A model generated the notes under the pieces. That model did no database searches. It was not told the DNA's origin and saw only the letters and a list, made by a program, of their open reading frames with translations. The position numbers were made by a program, and so were the translations under genes. From contig JAUCBJ010007091.1 in NCBI GenBank assembly GCA_032718475.1, forward strand, positions 1 through 64,000: a stretch of DNA of 64,000 bases, written 5' to 3'. Origin of the DNA: Nemertoderma westbladi (taxonomy: Eukaryota; Animalia; Xenacoelomorpha). Below, piece after piece: positions 63,683 through 64,000 of the stretch; the first letter of the stretch is position 1, and every line of letters starts with the position of its first letter.

Positions 63683-64000
63683 ATGGAACTAAACGATAGC
63701 GTTATATATCTATCAGGAAGAACCGTTAACAACACGAACACACCATCCAGTAATCAAGCGACCTACGATTGTTTCGGGACCACAATCACAGCCAAAGATA
63801 TTGATACGCTTCGAGGCAGAGGGTGGCTTACGCACAGCGTTATCGAAGTTGTGCTAAATTCTTTAAGAACATCCCGGGATGATGTGTTGGTGCTGCACCA
63901 TTTTATAGACCGCTACTCAGCCAGCGATGGCGGCTACGAATCGGTGAAGCGTTGGACGCGGAACACTAATATCTTCTCGCTTGCTTTGATACTGTTTCCT
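63683..64000 (+). CDS. Ulp1/SENP-like (C48) protease, 5' part; runs off the window and is not in the ORF track
   Basis: Open frame from ATG 63683: FGTTITAKDIDTLRGRGWLTHSVIE...GGYESVKRWTRNTNIFSLALILFP, matching the SENP DI.TL....WL.D.VI and GY..VKRWT...IF motifs. Confidence 0.8.
   Translation, partial: MELNDSVIYLSGRTVNNTNTPSSNQATYDCFGTTITAKDIDTLRGRGWLTHSVIEVVLNSLRTSRDDVLVLHHFIDRYSASDGGYESVKRWTRNTNIFSLALILFP

Overview
AT-rich eukaryotic (probably invertebrate animal) genomic DNA made up mostly of nested mobile elements. The centrepiece is a complete endogenous Polinton/Maverick virus at 12387-32555, with 320-bp TIRs starting AGTAGT and a perfect 6-bp TSD, AGCAAC. It encodes pPolB, an rve integrase with a chromodomain, packaging ATPase, adenain protease, major capsid protein, two penton paralogs and pX-/pVI-like core proteins. 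Its accessory genes are unusual: a TBP-like protein and a PC4-like protein flanking pPolB, a RING E3 and a DEDD-like exonuclease. Three single, reversible lesions disable it: a MITE in the MCP, a stop in penton 2 and a 1-nt frameshift in pPolB. The virus sits inside the 3' LTR of a BEL/Pao-type retrotransposon, which itself sits in an RTE LINE, and a second independent right-end copy of the virus lies 4.5 kb away. The LTR family carries a conserved Zn-knuckle ORF in the env position (two diverged copies, mostly synonymous changes). Non-viral intronless genes are a Rac GTPase with T17L/Y40C/D57Y-type substitutions, a divergent SLC6 transporter and a Ulp1/SENP-like protease ORF that runs off the window end. 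The rest is LINE fragments, Helentron-like elements, MITEs, a tRNA-SINE and several satellites. All protein calls come from motif recognition by eye; no database searches were run.
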